A stretch of 64,000 nucleotides of DNA from the human T2T-CHM13v2.0 reference genome, Homo sapiens. Where the stretch lies: the NCBI RefSeq assembly GCF_009914755.1, contig NC_060934.1; one strand, 5' to 3'. Position numbers and translations under genes: made by a program. Below, piece after piece: positions 13,887 through 32,789 of the stretch; position 1 is the stretch's first letter, and each line of letters starts with the position of its first letter. The notes under the pieces are model-generated. The model was not told the origin of the DNA, did not search any database, and worked only from the letters and a program-made list of their open reading frames with translations.

Positions 13887-14632
13887 CCCATAAATGAAGG
13901 CAGCACGGGAAAGCATTTGTTATCCTAGTCACTCTTCCTGCAGAGTAAAGATGTGCTCTGCATTCATCTGAATTCATGGCTTTGGTGTGCGTAACTGCAA
14001 AAGCTGAAATGTCATGTTCACTCTGGCCACGTATTCCACTCATAGTACCATACTTGTGTGTCCAGCATCTTGCCAGGGTGCTGGTCTTGGGCTTACTATG
14101 CTTTCTTTGGGGTGCCTTGGGATTCCTTACGTCATTGCTTCCTCCCAACACCAGCTGAAACCTCCTGAAGTGATTTTGAAGCTTGTTTCTTTGAATAGCT
14201 TCTTAGCAATTTCCTCACTGCTATTTCAGTTCCCCTCCCACCATTGTGTGAAACAGTGCCAAAGAATTTCATTAAACTGGCTGACTTCAAGGATGGTGAA
14301 CTAGGACTGCTTCTAAAAAGCAGGCTGATAGTAACTGAGGGAATTGCCTAATAAGGAATAGACGGGAGGCATGCTGCCCCTACATAATCTCTTCCTTATA
14401 AAGAGAGAAGTATGGATGGGATATGTTGAGTTGTTTATAAAAAATAATGAAGGGAAAATCCCCCTAAAATTATGGGGAAAAGGCCCCTGGTTGGGCTTTA
14501 AGTATAGAGAATAACTTGGGTAGTCTTCACCCACTGTATCCCTAAAAGGCCTCACAATTGCTCTTCAGTCTCTTTCTCCCCTTCTCATCCGCCATTAACT
14601 AGGAGGTTACTTATGTGTGTTATGAATTAAAG

Positions 14633-14812
14633 CAGTGGTTCTCAAAGTGTAGTCCCTGGACCTGCAGCAGAGCATCACCTAGCAACTTGTTAGAAATGCA
14701 TATGCCCTGGCCTCACCTCAGACTTACTGAATCAGAAACTCTGAGGATGGGGTCAAGCAGTTGTAATAAGCCTTCCAGGTGATTCTGATGCAGGTTTATG
14801 GTTAAGAATTGG
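14633..14812. mobile_element. MER5A hAT DNA transposon
   Basis: CAGTGGTTCTCAAAGTGT...GAATCAGAAACTCTG...CCAGGTGATTCTGATGC. Confidence 0.85.
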
Positions 14813-17746
14813 ATTAGAGAAACTATGTTTTTAGAAGGTTCTTTAAAGGAGAAGTCCAGGGCCTACCCTCTGACATGGGGCTGAACAGGAAAGCAGCAAG
14901 CAGAAGAAACCAGAACTAACCACTGAGCCACGGTGGGTGGTGGTTTGACATTTATGTGACAAGACAGTTAATGTGACAGGAAAGAAAAATGAACAGAGAA
15001 TTGTGAAATCAAATAGGATCAGAATGATGTCACAGTGGTCAATCCAATTAATTCATATCATTACAAAATTAGAAAGTCACTAATGACTAATTTCTAATAT
15101 ATATCTGCATAAAAGGGCATTGTATGATATGAATTGGATTTTTAAGTATACAGTATTTTGTTTCATTTTGGAGACATAGCTTTTAGTAAAAACATGTCCA
15201 ATAGGTTCTAGTCAATCCTTAATTGAAGCTCTATGTTGACAGGAAAATAGAAACTCATTGAATTTTAAAAAGATGATTTGGCTACTACAGTTTTATTATT
15301 ATTATTTTTTAGAGTTCTGTAGCAAAGAATCACAGAGGCCAAAAATGTGAAAAAAAAAGTCATATGGCTTAATGATCTTTGTAATCACAACCCTATCAAC
15401 CATAACAAAAACAACAATCATAAGTACAGTTGCCATTTATCGAGTGCCTACTCTGTGCAGACACTGCTGAGTGCTCAGCACGGGGGATGAAGTCATGGAT
15501 AAGCAGCAGACATGGTCCTTGCCCTCCTACCCAGTGATTCCCAACCCTGGCTGCACTTGGCACCAGGGAGCCATTAAAAAATGTCAGTGCCAGGACCCCA
15601 GCCCCCGAGGGATTCTGATTTAATTGCTTTGAGATGGGACCCCAGAGTTGGCATTTTTACAAAGGTCTCCAGTGAACCTAATGTATATATCCGGAATTGA
15701 GGACTGCTCTGGTGAAAGACTTACATATGTAAACAATTCATTATAATAGCCTTAAGTGCTATGAAGAAAAAGCTCAGAGTGTTGTGAAGGGTACCAGTTA
15801 GTGTGGGGTTCAGGGTAGGGTTTTCTGAGGCATCCTTGAGGAAGTGACTTTCTGTTGGGATCTGAAGGGTAAATAGGAAATAGCTAAGCAAAGAGGATGG
15901 GAAGGGAATGTTCTAGGCAGAGTACATAAATTGTGCTAGGGCTCTGGGCGAGGACAGCATAGTGAAATGGGGGCTGAAAGGGGGCAAACAGTGAAGGAAA
16001 TACTGTGATTAGAGAAGTGGAGACCCAGGGAGGGGCCAGAACATACAGGACATACGGGCTAGATAAAGGATTGTGTTCTTTCTTGTAAGTAATGGGAAGC
16101 TGTGGAGTATTCTAAGTAACTAGTGGATGATGTGATTATATAGACCCTTTGAGAAGATTACTCTGGCCGTAGTTGGAAAGCAGATTGATGATAGGTAAGA
16201 GTGGATGCAGAGGAATCAGTTAGGAGTCTTCTGTGGGAGGGCATGATGATGGGACTAAGAAGACATTAGAGTGATGGAGAGGGTTACATGGCATTGAATT
16301 TTTGGGAGATTCCAAGACTTGGTACAAGGCCTCAGGGACATTTGCTGAGTTAGTGAGTTGCTTGGATATAAAGGGTGAGGGTGGGGAAGGAATACAGGAT
16401 GATGCTGCTGTTCTTGGTGTCAGTAACTGGATGAGTGGTGATGTTCACTGAGCTGTGAATATTGAGTTATAGAAAGCTACAGGAGAAACAGTTTTGCAGA
16501 GGAAAGGAGAGCATGAATTCTGTTTGGGCACAATAGGTTTAAGGTGCCTGTGAGATATCCAAGTTAAAAGGTGAAGGAGGCAGCTGAAAGTTCAATAATA
16601 CATATGTCTGGACCAAATATATAGTATTTCCCACGTATGGACAGTAACTAAGACCATGGGGTCCGGTGAGATCACTCTAATCATTTTTTCATACAGAGCT
16701 CACTGCGTCTTCATGTCAACTTACCTAAATAAGTTACGTCTTTAAAATTTTATCTAGAACATGAAAATTTAGACAGGTTAAATAACTTCCCCAGGTCATG
16801 CAGCTAGTAAGAGGCAGGGTTGAGATCCCATTTCATAGGAGATGCATCAGTACCTAGTCATACTGCATTTCCTTAATCAGAATGACTGATTCTCAGATAC
16901 AATGGAGAGTTAACCATGTTTGCTAAGGAACGACCAATGACCAGCTGAGTGTATATTTTCTTCCATTATAAACATGGCATTTGAGTCTACTATTCTTGGA
17001 AAGTCAGTGAAAAAATATCCCATGGAGTTTATGATTAAGCTCTGAGATCCAGATTTTGGGTTTACTGCCCAAACATCTGTCCCCTTGCTTCCTAGAAAAC
17101 ATGGAAACTGAAGTTGAGGTTGCCTGGAAGCTTACTAAAAATAGTGAGAACCATGGAATTGAGAAGTTAAAACATGTTTGAAGTAGTCAAATATATACCT
17201 CCACTTTTTTGATGGAAAACGTTGTGTACTAAAAGTCTAAATCCATTTCACTCATTCAACTGACATATGTAACACTGCTATAGGCCAAACCCTTTGCTGG
17301 GCTCTGGAGAGGCACTCCTTGTTCTTAAGGTGCTCTGTCTCATAGGGGAGACTGACACAAGTTAAAGGCTATTATAGCATTGTGAGAAGGGTGCTATGAG
17401 AGGATTGCAAAGGAGGGTATTTCGTCCATCATTAGAGAAGGGGAAAGCCTTTCTCAGAAAGACTTCCTGGAAGTGATAACACATAAACTAACAATTTGAG
17501 CCTCAATTTCTTCATAAGGTAGAGTTAGTTAGATAAATAAGAGAGGAAAGAATACTGTTTCAGGTACAAGAAAGAAACAGGAACATTTTACTATAAGGCA
17601 GGAGGATAGGAAAAAAAGACCCCATTTAGAGACCAACACCTTAATACACATGGGTTGTGTGGTTAGATGGTTAGCATGGCCTTAAAATTGTTGCTGGAGT
17701 TTGGCTTTTGAGGGACATAAAGGCATAACTGAAGAACTTCATACTA

Positions 17747-18190
<444 letters not shown>

Positions 18191-18542
18191 TAAGGAGATA
18201 AACAAATAGATTTGAGAGGTATTTAGTGGGTGGAATCAACAAAACTTGGAGATTAGAGGGAGAAGTGGGAATATAGGGGGACTTAGAGGGAAAGTGGTGA
18301 TCTTTACTTAGCCAATTATGCGAAAAGATTAATTTAGAGTGGGTAAAAAGTTAAATTTTAGACATGGTGAGTTTGGCCATAGAACATCCAAGCAGATATG
18401 TCCAGTAGGTGACTAGCATTATAAATTTTGAGCTCAAGAGAAAGGCCTGGGCTGGAAATACAGATCAGGGAATCACGGCCATAAAGACTGGGGACTTGTC
18501 ATCATAGAGATTAGGAAGTTATCCTCATAGAGACTAGGGCAT

Positions 18543-18968
18543 TGTGTTAGTCTGTTTGCATTCTTTAAAGGAATGCCTGAGACTGGGTAATTTATAAAGA
18601 AAAGAGGTTTATTTGTCTTATGGTCCTGCAGGTTCAGCCTGTAACATGGTGCTTGTACACAAGCAGTATAGTGCCAACATCTGCTTCTGGTGAGGGCCTC
18701 AGGAAGCTTACAATTGTGGCAGAAGGCAATGGGCATATCACATGGTGATGGAGCAAGAGAGAAAGGAGGAGGTGCCAGGCTCTTTTAAACAACCAGCTCT
18801 TGTGTGAACTAACAGAACGAGAACTCGCTCATTACTATGGAGAGGACACCATGCCATTCATGAGGGATCCACCCCTGTGACGCAAAAACTTGCCACTAGG
18901 CCCACCTTCAACATTGAAGGTCACATTTTAACATGAGATTTGGAGGAGGAAAACATCCAGACTGTGCA
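18543..18968 (-). mobile_element. MSTB-like MaLR solo LTR
   Basis: TGTGTTAGTCTGTTTGCATT...GAGACTGGGTAATTTATAAAGAAAAGAGGTTT...CATGAGATTTGGAGG. Confidence 0.85.
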
Positions 18969-21210
18969 TCATCGCCATAGAGAGTAGGATGTCATTCCTA
19001 TAGAGGTTGGGGAGTTATCCTCATAGAGATTAAGGACTTGCCATCCTCATAGTGAGTAGGGAGTTATCACCATTCAGTTGGCATATGTAGATAAAATGAG
19101 ATGAACCAACATCCCAAGATGGAACGCTGTGGATCATTCATATTTAAAGGGTATGGTGTAAAAGAGAAGCTGGCAAAGTAGGGGAAGTAGGATGGTTATT
19201 GGAAAAACCTGGTGTCATGGGAGCCAGGAAAGGAGAGTGCTTATGTACTAAGATGTCAAATGTCAGATTGCACAAGAAATGTAGATACTGAGATGTGTCC
19301 ACTGGATTTGGCACTATGAGGTTGTTGGTGATATTTGTGTGAACAGCTTTAGTGGAATGGGATCAGGAGCCAGATACAGTGGGTTCAGCAAGTAGGGAGG
19401 TGGAGTTTAGAAAGGCACTTATTGCCAGGAGAATTTTAAAAAAAAGCAAGTTAGAGAAAGTCAAGTAATAAGAACTAGTGTGGCATGGATCAGCTCTCTG
19501 GGAATGCTGGAGGGAGAGAACTGAAGGGGAGAGAAGTGGAATAAACACTATAAAAAGCTCTGAGAAGAGAGGATGTGGCTTCACCCCACCCAATCCTGAG
19601 AGAATGGGTGGAGGGTAGGCCTAATATTGTCTTGTTATCCAAATATTGTCTTTACCAGCTATCCTTTCCCTAAAGATGGGACAAGCCATTCCCAGAGGTC
19701 AGTTCCAGGCAACATGACCTTCCCAGAAGGTGGGGTAAAATTTTCCTCATTAACTCATGTGTTCCCCAGAGTCTTTGGGTTTTTAGGAATTTCTACAAAG
19801 AATTTCAAATATTTTACAAGTCATTTCCAAGTACCATAATATATTCTTCCTTCAGTTTGGTATCTCAAGCTTTTGTTAAGGTAGAGACACATTTTCCTTC
19901 ACTCAGAACATTGTTGTAACTCTGAAGGAGAAAAGGCATGTGGAATTACTATTGTCTGCATTGGCCTTCCTTCTGTGGCTGCACCACTCCTACTTCTGTG
20001 AATCTGAGCAAATAAGAAAACAGACCACCTGCATGTGAGCAAGAAGCACACAGATTTTGCTGAATATGTGGCTTCAGTGGTCTTCACGTTGCTTCTGTGT
20101 TCTATAGGTAGCCCGGTTTTATACAGACAGACAATCTATTTCACCTGATGGAATGAAAAGGATAAGAATCATGTGAAACCAAACACATAAGAGATGGATG
20201 TGTAAGGCATAATACCCATTTAGGGATTAACAATATCAGCTCATTTTTTAAACTTTTAAGCTCAGGGGTACATGTGCAGGTCTGTTATATAGGCAAACTT
20301 GTGTCATGGGAGTTTATTGTACAGATTATTTCATCACCCAGGTATTAAGCCTAGCTCCCATTGGTTATTTTTCCTTATCCTCTCTCTCCTCCCACCTTCC
20401 ACCCTCCAATAGGCCCTAGTGTGTGTTATGCCACTTTATATATCCATGTATTCTCATCATTTGGCTCTCACTTATAAGTGAGAATATGTGGCATTTGGTT
20501 TTTTGTTCCTGCATTAATTTACTAAGGATAATGGCCTCCAGCTCCATGCCTGTTCCTGCAAAGGACATGATCTCATTCTTTTTTATGGCTGTATAGTATT
20601 CTGTGGTGTATATGTACCACATTTTCTTTATCTGGTCTATGATTGATGGGCATTTAAGTTGATTCCGTGTCTCTGCTATTGTGAATAGTGCTGCAGTGAA
20701 CATATGTGTCTTTATGATAGAATGATTTATATTCCTTTGGGTATATATCCAGTAATGGGATTTCTGGGTCAAATGTTATTTCTGTTTTTAGGTCTTTGAG
20801 GAATCACTGCACTGTCTTCCAAAATGGTTAAACTAATTTACACTACCACCAATTGTGTATAAGCGTTCTTTTTTCTCCACAACCTTGCCAGCATCCGTTA
20901 TTTTTTTACTTTTTAATGATAGCCATTCTGACTGGTGTGAGATGGTATCTTATTGTGGTTTTGCATTCCTCTAATGATCAGTGATGTTGAGCTTTTTTTA
21001 TATGATTGTTGGCCACATGTATGCTTTATTCTGAAGAGTGTCTGTTCATGTCCTTTGCCCACTTTTTAATGGGGTTGTTTTTTCTTGTACATTTGTTTAA
21101 ATTTCTTATGGATGTCAGATATTAGATCTTTGTTGGATGCATAAGTTGCAAAAATTTTCTCCCATTCTGTAGGTTGTCTGCTTACTCTGTTGATAGTTTA
21201 TTTTGCTGTG

Positions 21211-22275
21211 TATCGGGGGAACCAGCCCCCAATATTTCAACATACGTTCTTTCTATTTTCCCTAAGTGTTGGCCGGTCTGAGAAATAAAGAGAAAGAGTA
21301 CAAAGAGAGAAATTTTACAGCTGGTCTTCCGGGGATGTCATCACGTATTGGTAGGACTGTGATGACGACCCTGAGCCGCAAAACCAGCAAGTTTTTATTA
21401 GGGATTTTGAAAGGGGAGGGGGTGTATGAACAGGGAGTAAGTCACAAAGATCACATGCTTCAAAGAGCAATAAAGGTCACAAGGCAAGGCAAAATTAGAA
21501 TTACTGATGAGGGCCTATGTCCCACTGTGCATGCATTGTCTTGATAAACATCTTAACAGGAAACAGGGTTTGAGAGCAGACAACCAGTATGACTAGAATT
21601 TACCAGGCTGGAATTTCCCAATCCTAGTAAGCCTGAGGGTACTGCAGGAGACCAGGGCGTATTTCAGTCCTTATCTCAACTGCATAAGACAGACATTCCC
21701 AGAGTGGCTGTCTATAGACCTATCCCCAGGAATGCATTCCTTCCCCAGGGTTACTCCTTGCTGGGAAAAGAATTCAGCGATATTTCTCCTACTCACACAT
21801 CTATCTATAGGCTTTCTGCAAGAAGAAAAATATGGCTGTATTCTGCCCGACCCCACAGGCAGTCAGACCTTATGGTTATCTTTCCTCGTTCCCTGAAAAT
21901 AGCTGTTATTCTGTTATTTTTCAGGGTGCACTGATTTTATATTGTTTAAACACACATGTTTTACAAACAATTTGTACAGTTAACACAATCATCACAGGGT
22001 CCTGAGGTGACATACATCCTCAGCTTAAGAAGATGACAGGATTAAGAGATTAAAGACAGGCATAAGAAATTATAAGAGTATTGATTGGGGAAGTGGTAAA
22101 TGTCCATGAAATCTTCACAATTTATGTTCAGAGATTGCAGTAAAGACAGGCATAAGAAATTATAAAAGTATTAATTTTGGGAACTGATAAATGTCCATGA
22201 AATCTTCACAATTTATTTTCTTCTGCCTTGGCTCCAGCTGGTCCCTCTGTTTGGGGTCCCTGACTTCCTGCAACA
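21211..22275 (-). mobile_element. MER11 (ERVK/HML-8) solo LTR
   Basis: Minus strand starts TGTTGCAGGAAGTCAGGGACCCCAAAC and ends GGTTCCCCCGATA; perfect 6-bp TSD GCTGTG (21205-21210 / 22276-22281); internal tandem duplication ~22050-22215. Confidence 0.92.
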
Positions 22276-22640
22276 GCTGTGCCGAAGCTTTTTAGTTCCA
22301 TTAGATACCATTTGTCAATTTTTGCTTTTGTTGCTATTGCTTTTGGTGTCTTCCTCATGAAATCTTTGCCCATTCCTATGTCTGGAATGGTATTGTCTAG
22401 GTTGTCTTCCAGGATTTTTATGGTTTTGGGTTTTACATTTAGGTCTTTAATCCATCCTGAGTTAACTTTTGTATATGGTATAAGGAAGGAGTCCAGCTTC
22501 AGTCTTATGCATATGTCTAGCCAGTTATCCCAGCACCATTTATTGAATAGGGAATCCTTTCCCCATTGTTTGTTTTTGTCAGGTTTATCCAAGATCAGGT
22601 GGTTGTAGATGTGTGGCCTTATTTCTGGGTCCTCTATTCT

Positions 22641-22754
22641 TTTTATTTTTATTTATTTTTTATTTTTATTTATTTATTTTTGAGGCAGAGATTTGCTTTT
22701 GTTGCCCAGGCTGGAGTGCAATGGCGTGATCTCTGCTTATTGTAACCTCTGCCT
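22641..22754 (-). mobile_element. 5'-truncated Alu (right-arm 3' part plus patterned tail)
   Basis: TTGCCCAGGCTGGAGTGCAATGGCGTGATCTC; ~17-bp TSD TCTGGGT(C/T)CTCTATTCT at 22624-22640 / 22754-22770. Confidence 0.88.
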
Positions 22755-23102
22755 CTGGGTTCTCTATTCTGTTCCATTGGTCTATGTGTCTGATTTTGTA
22801 CCAGAACCAAGCTGTTTTGGTTACTGTAACCCTGTAGTATAGTTTGAGGTCAGATAGCGTGATGCCTCCAGCTTTGTTCTTTTTGCTTAGGATTGCCTTG
22901 GTTATTTGGGCTCTTTCTTGGTTCCATATGAATTTTAAAATAGTTTGTTCTAGTTCTGTGAAGAATCTCAATGGTAGTTTAATAGGAATAGCAATGAATC
23001 TATAAATTGCTTTGGGCGGTATGGCCATTTTAATGATATGGATTCTTCCTATCCATGAGCATAGAATGTTTTTCCATTTGTTTGTGTCATCTCTGACTTT
23101 TT

Positions 23103-23480
23103 AGATTTATTCTGATCCAAATGTGAGTGACCATGGCCTGTCAGCCCTCGGGAGGTCCTGAGAACATGTGCCCAAGGTGATCGGGGTACAGCTTGGTTTT
23201 ATATATTTTAGAGAGGCATGAGACATTAATCAAATACATTTAAGAAATACATTGGTTTGTTTCAGAAAGGTAGGAGAACTCCAAGTGAGGGCTACCAGGC
23301 TATAGGTAAATTTAAATGTTTTCTGTTTGACAATTGCTTGAGTTTGTCAAAAGACCTGAGATCTATAAAAAGGAATGTTCAGGTTAAAGATAAATGATTG
23401 TGGAGACCAAGTTTTATTTTGCAGAGGAAGCTCTCAGATAGCACACCTCAGAGAGAGAGAGCAGGTTGTAAAATGTTTCT
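23103..23480 (-). mobile_element. MER4-family ERV1 LTR fragment, within the L1 3' transduction
   Basis: GGAGGTCCTGAGAACATGTGCCCAAGGTGATCGGGGTACAGCTTGGTTTTATA; lacks both LTR termini. Confidence 0.75.
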
Positions 23481-23557
23481 TTTCTTTTCTTTTTTCAGGG
23501 TAATTAGCATATCCATGAATTTTTTTTTTCTGTTTTGAATGATTTATTTCCCACCTT

Positions 23558-28749
<5,192 letters not shown>

Positions 28750-29818
28750 TCTCTGACTTTTTTGAGCAGTGTTTTGTAGTTCTCCTTGGAGAGCTCTTCC
28801 TGCTTTGGCTCTCAGCTTGACTGATGTTGGTGTATGGAGTGTTAGGGAGCTTTGCACATTGATTTTGTATTCTGAGACTTTGTTGAAGTTGTTAATCAGC
28901 TTAAGGAGCTTTGGGGCTGAGACCATGGGGTTTTCTAGGTATAGGATCATGTTGTCTGCAAACAGGGATAGTTTGACTTCTTCTCTTCCTATTTGGATGC
29001 CCTTTATTTCCTTCTCTTGCCTGATTGCCCTAACCAGGACATCCAATACTATGTTAAATAGGAGTGGTGACAGAGGACATCCTTGCCTTGTGCCAGTTTT
29101 CAAGGGGAATGCTTCCAGGTCTTGCCATTTAGTATGATGTTGGCTGTGGGTTTGTCATAGATGGCTCTTATTATTTTGAGGGATGTTCCCTCAATACCTA
29201 ATTTACAGGGAGTTTTTAACATGAAGAGGCGTTGAATTTTATAGAAATCCTTTTCTGTGTCTATTGAGATAACCATGTGGTTTTTGTCTTTAATTCTGTT
29301 TGCAGGATGAATCACATTTATTGATTTGCTTATGTTGAACCAACCTTACATCGCAGGGATAAAGGCTACTTGATTGTGGTGGATAAGCTTTTTGATGTGC
29401 TCCTGGATTTGGTTTGCCAGTATTTTGTTGAGGATATTTGCATCCATGTTTATCAAGGATATTGGCCTGAAGTTTTCATTTTTTGTTGCATCTCTGCCAG
29501 GTTTTGGTATCAGGATGATGCTCATATGCCTCGTAGAATGAGTTAGGGTGAAGTCCCTCTTCCCTATTCTGGGAATAGTTTCAGCAGGAATGATACCAGG
29601 TCTTCATTTTTTACCTTGTAGAAAAATTGACATGGCAAGACAGCTTGGTAGACATGAAATCAGAAGTGGGGGAGTTAGTTTGATTATCTTAGAGGAGGCA
29701 TTCTTCATCACTGTAGGGGAAAAAACTTTCAAGGAAATGGTGTACTTGAGTCCACATGCCAAGGCACCTTCTTTCCCCAGACCATGCTAGAGATACTTTG
29801 ACAGATTATTTTAGTTGC

Positions 29819-31659
29819 TTTTTTTTTTTTTAATAATTTTGTTGATCATTCTTGGGTGTTTCTCGGAGAGGGGGATGTGGCAGGGTAATAGGACAATAGT
29901 GGAGAGAAGGTCAGCAGATAAACACGTGAACAAAGGTCTCTGGTTTTCCTAGGCAGAGGACCCTGCAGCCTTCCGCAGTGTTTGTGTCCTTGGGTACTTG
30001 AGATTAGGGAGTGGTGATGACTCTTAACTAGCATGCTGCCTTCAAGCATCTGTTTAACAAAGCACATCTTGCACCACCCTTAATCCATTTAACCCTGAGT
30101 TGACACAGCACATGTTTCAGAGAGCACGGGGTTGGGGGTAAGGTTATAGATTAACAGCATCCCAAGGCAGAAGAATTTTTCTTAGTACAGAACAAAATGG
30201 AGTCTCCTATGCCTACTTCTTTCTACACAGACACAGTAACAATCTGATCTCTCTTTCTTTTCCCCACATTTCCCCCTTTTCTTTTCGACAAAACCACCAT
30301 CGTCATCATGGCCCGTTCTCAATGAGTTATTGGGTACACCTCCCAGACAGGGTGGCAGCCGGGCAGAGGCACCCCCCACATCCCAGACAGGGTGGCCAGG
30401 CAGAGGCGCCCCCCACATCCCAGATGGGGTGGCCGGGCAGAGGCGCCCCCCACCCCCAAGACGGGGCGGCCGGGCAGAGGCGCCCCCCACCCCCCAGACG
30501 GGGAGGCCGGGCAGAGGCGTCCCCCACCTCCCAGACGGGGCGGCCGGGCAGAGGCGCCCCCCACCTCCCAGACGGGGCGGCCGGGCAGAGGCACCCCCCA
30601 CCTCCCAGACGGGGCAGATGCTGGGCAGAGGCGCCCCCCACCTCCCAGATGGGGCGGATGCTGGGCAGAGGCGCCCCCCCACCTCCCAGACGGGGCGGAT
30701 GCCAGGCAGAGGCGCTCCCCACCTCCCAGACGGGGCGGATGCCGGGCAGAGGTGCTCCCCACCTCCCAGACGGGGTGGCCGCCGGGCAGAGGCGCTCCCC
30801 ACCCCCCAGACGGGGTGGCCGCCGGGCAGAGGCGCTCCCCACCTCCCAGATGGGGCGGCTGGGCAGAGGCACTCCCCACCTCCCAGACGGGGCGGCGGGG
30901 CAGAAGTGCTCCCCACTTCCCAGACGGGGCAGCGGCCGGGCTGAGATGCTCCTCACTTCCCAGATGGGGCAGTGGCCAGGCAGAGGTGCTCCTCACTTCC
31001 CAGACGGGGCAGCTGCCGGGCAGAGGTGCTCCTCACTTCTCAGACGGGGCGGCCGGGCAGAGGCGCTCCTCACCTCCCAGAAAGGGCGGCCGGGCAGAGG
31101 CGCTTCTCACTTCCCAGACAGGGTCGCAGTCGGGCAGAGGCACTCCTCACTTCCCAGACAGGGTCGCGGTCGGGCAGAGGCACTCCTCACCTCCCGGACA
31201 GGGCGGCCGGGCAGAGGCGCTCCTCACCTCCCGGACGGGGCGGCCGGGCAGAGGCGCTCCTCACCTCCCGGACGGGTTGGCCGGGCAGAGGCGCTCCTCA
31301 CATCCCAGACGGGGTGGTGGCCAGGCAGAGGCACTCCTCACCTCCCAGACGGGGTGGCGGCCAGGCAGAGACGCTCCTCACCTCCCAGATGGGGCGGTGG
31401 CTGGGCAGAGGTGCTCCTCAGTTCCCAGATGGGGCGGCTGGGCAGAGGCACTCCTCACCTCCCAGACAGGGCGGCCGGGCAGAGGTGCTCCTCACTTCCT
31501 GGACAGGGCGGCTGGGCAGAGGCGCTCCTCACTTCCCGGATAGGGCAGCCGGGCAGAGGCGCTCCTCACTTCCCGGACAGGGCGGCCAGGCAGAGACGCT
31601 CCTCACATCCCAGATGGGGTGGTGGCCGGGCAGAGGCGCTCCTCACTTCCCAGACAGGG
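29819..31659 (-). mobile_element. 5'-truncated SVA retrotransposon (older SVA_A/B-like)
   Basis: Poly-T, SINE-R (~29830-30330), GC-rich VNTR of ~37-40 bp units (~30335-31659); TSD TTTAGTTGC at 29810-29818 / 31660-31668; no Alu-like domain or CCCTCT hexamer. Confidence 0.95.
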
Positions 31660-32571
31660 TTTAGTTGCCTTTTTTATTCTATGTAGATGACCCCATCCCC
31701 ACCATATTCACATACTCCTTCTTCACTCAGGTACAAAATTCAGTAGGACACGACTTTCTGAGTCATATGCTGGATTTGAGGAGATACTGAAGCCACAAGA
31801 CTGAAATAACTTTTAAACTGTGGGTGATTTGGCTAAAAGCTACTCTCATCTATTATATATTCATCTTACTAGTTTTGCTCTCAGAGGAAGTTCCTGTTTC
31901 CAAGGTAAAGGAACCTTTCTCTAACTCCACCTACCTTCCTCCTCACTAAATGGGTACAGAAAATATGCTTAGAAAAAAACGCAGAGGACCCTGATATTGT
32001 CATTCTGAAATATCAGTAGTATCTGTCACATTTTGACAGGAACTAGATACTAATCAATTTATAAGATTGAGTTTTCATGTTTCTAAAGTGCAGATACTCT
32101 GTGTTGATGGTTAAAGAGAAAGCCAGCTGGTTAGGTGTCAGATGATCTCTGACAGTGTTACCATAGACATTTAATTGCATGACCATATCTTATCCAGATG
32201 GCATTTCTCGCTTACACAGATACATAACCCCAGAGGGGCAGAGGGAGAGATGTCAAATTTCCCTCAAAATAGAACTTTGAGTCCACCCAAAGTCTACCAA
32301 GTGAGACTTTACAATTCTGCCCAAAGAGTACAGAAATTACATTGATCTGGCAAGAAAGAATGAATGGGAACCCAAAGGTAGCTGCTTGAGTTAATCAGGT
32401 TGGTGAGTGGCTGACAGGGTGCTAGAGTGGGCAAAGTCAACATTAAACCACCAGCGCACAACTTCCTATGTACCCAATGTTCACCTTCCCAGCTCCTATC
32501 ATCTTTGCCACTTTACTCTGAACTGGAAACCCTCTGTACATTTTTTCCTCTTTAACTCAAAGCCTTTAGAA

Positions 32572-32781
32572 CTCTCGAGCTCAAGCAGTCCCCTCCTGCC
32601 TCAGCCTCCTGAGTAGCTGGGACCACAAGCACACGCCACCATACCTGGATAATTTTTAAATTTTTTGTAGAGATAGGGTCTCTCCCTATGTTGCCCAGAT
32701 TAGTCTCGAACTCCTGGGCTCAAGTGATTATTCTGCCTCGGCCTCCCAAAGCACTGGGGTTATGACCCACCACGCCTGGCC
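32572..32781 (-). mobile_element. AluJ fragment lacking its 3' end
   Basis: GCCTCAGCCTCCTGAGTAGCTGGGACCAC...CTCCTGGGCTCAAGTGAT...CACGCCTGGCC. Confidence 0.85.
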
Positions 32782-32789
32782 CCACATCT

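Noticed and set aside
22050-22215. Internal tandem duplication
   Set aside because: Tandem repeats are a standard feature of MER11 LTRs.
30335-31659. CRISPR-like periodic array
   Set aside because: Contiguous tandem units with no unique spacers, inside an SVA in primate DNA.
30182-31686. Long overlapping ORFs (up to 454 aa) on both strands
   Set aside because: They arise from the stop-poor GC-rich SVA VNTR; repetitive low-complexity peptides in several frames, not genes.
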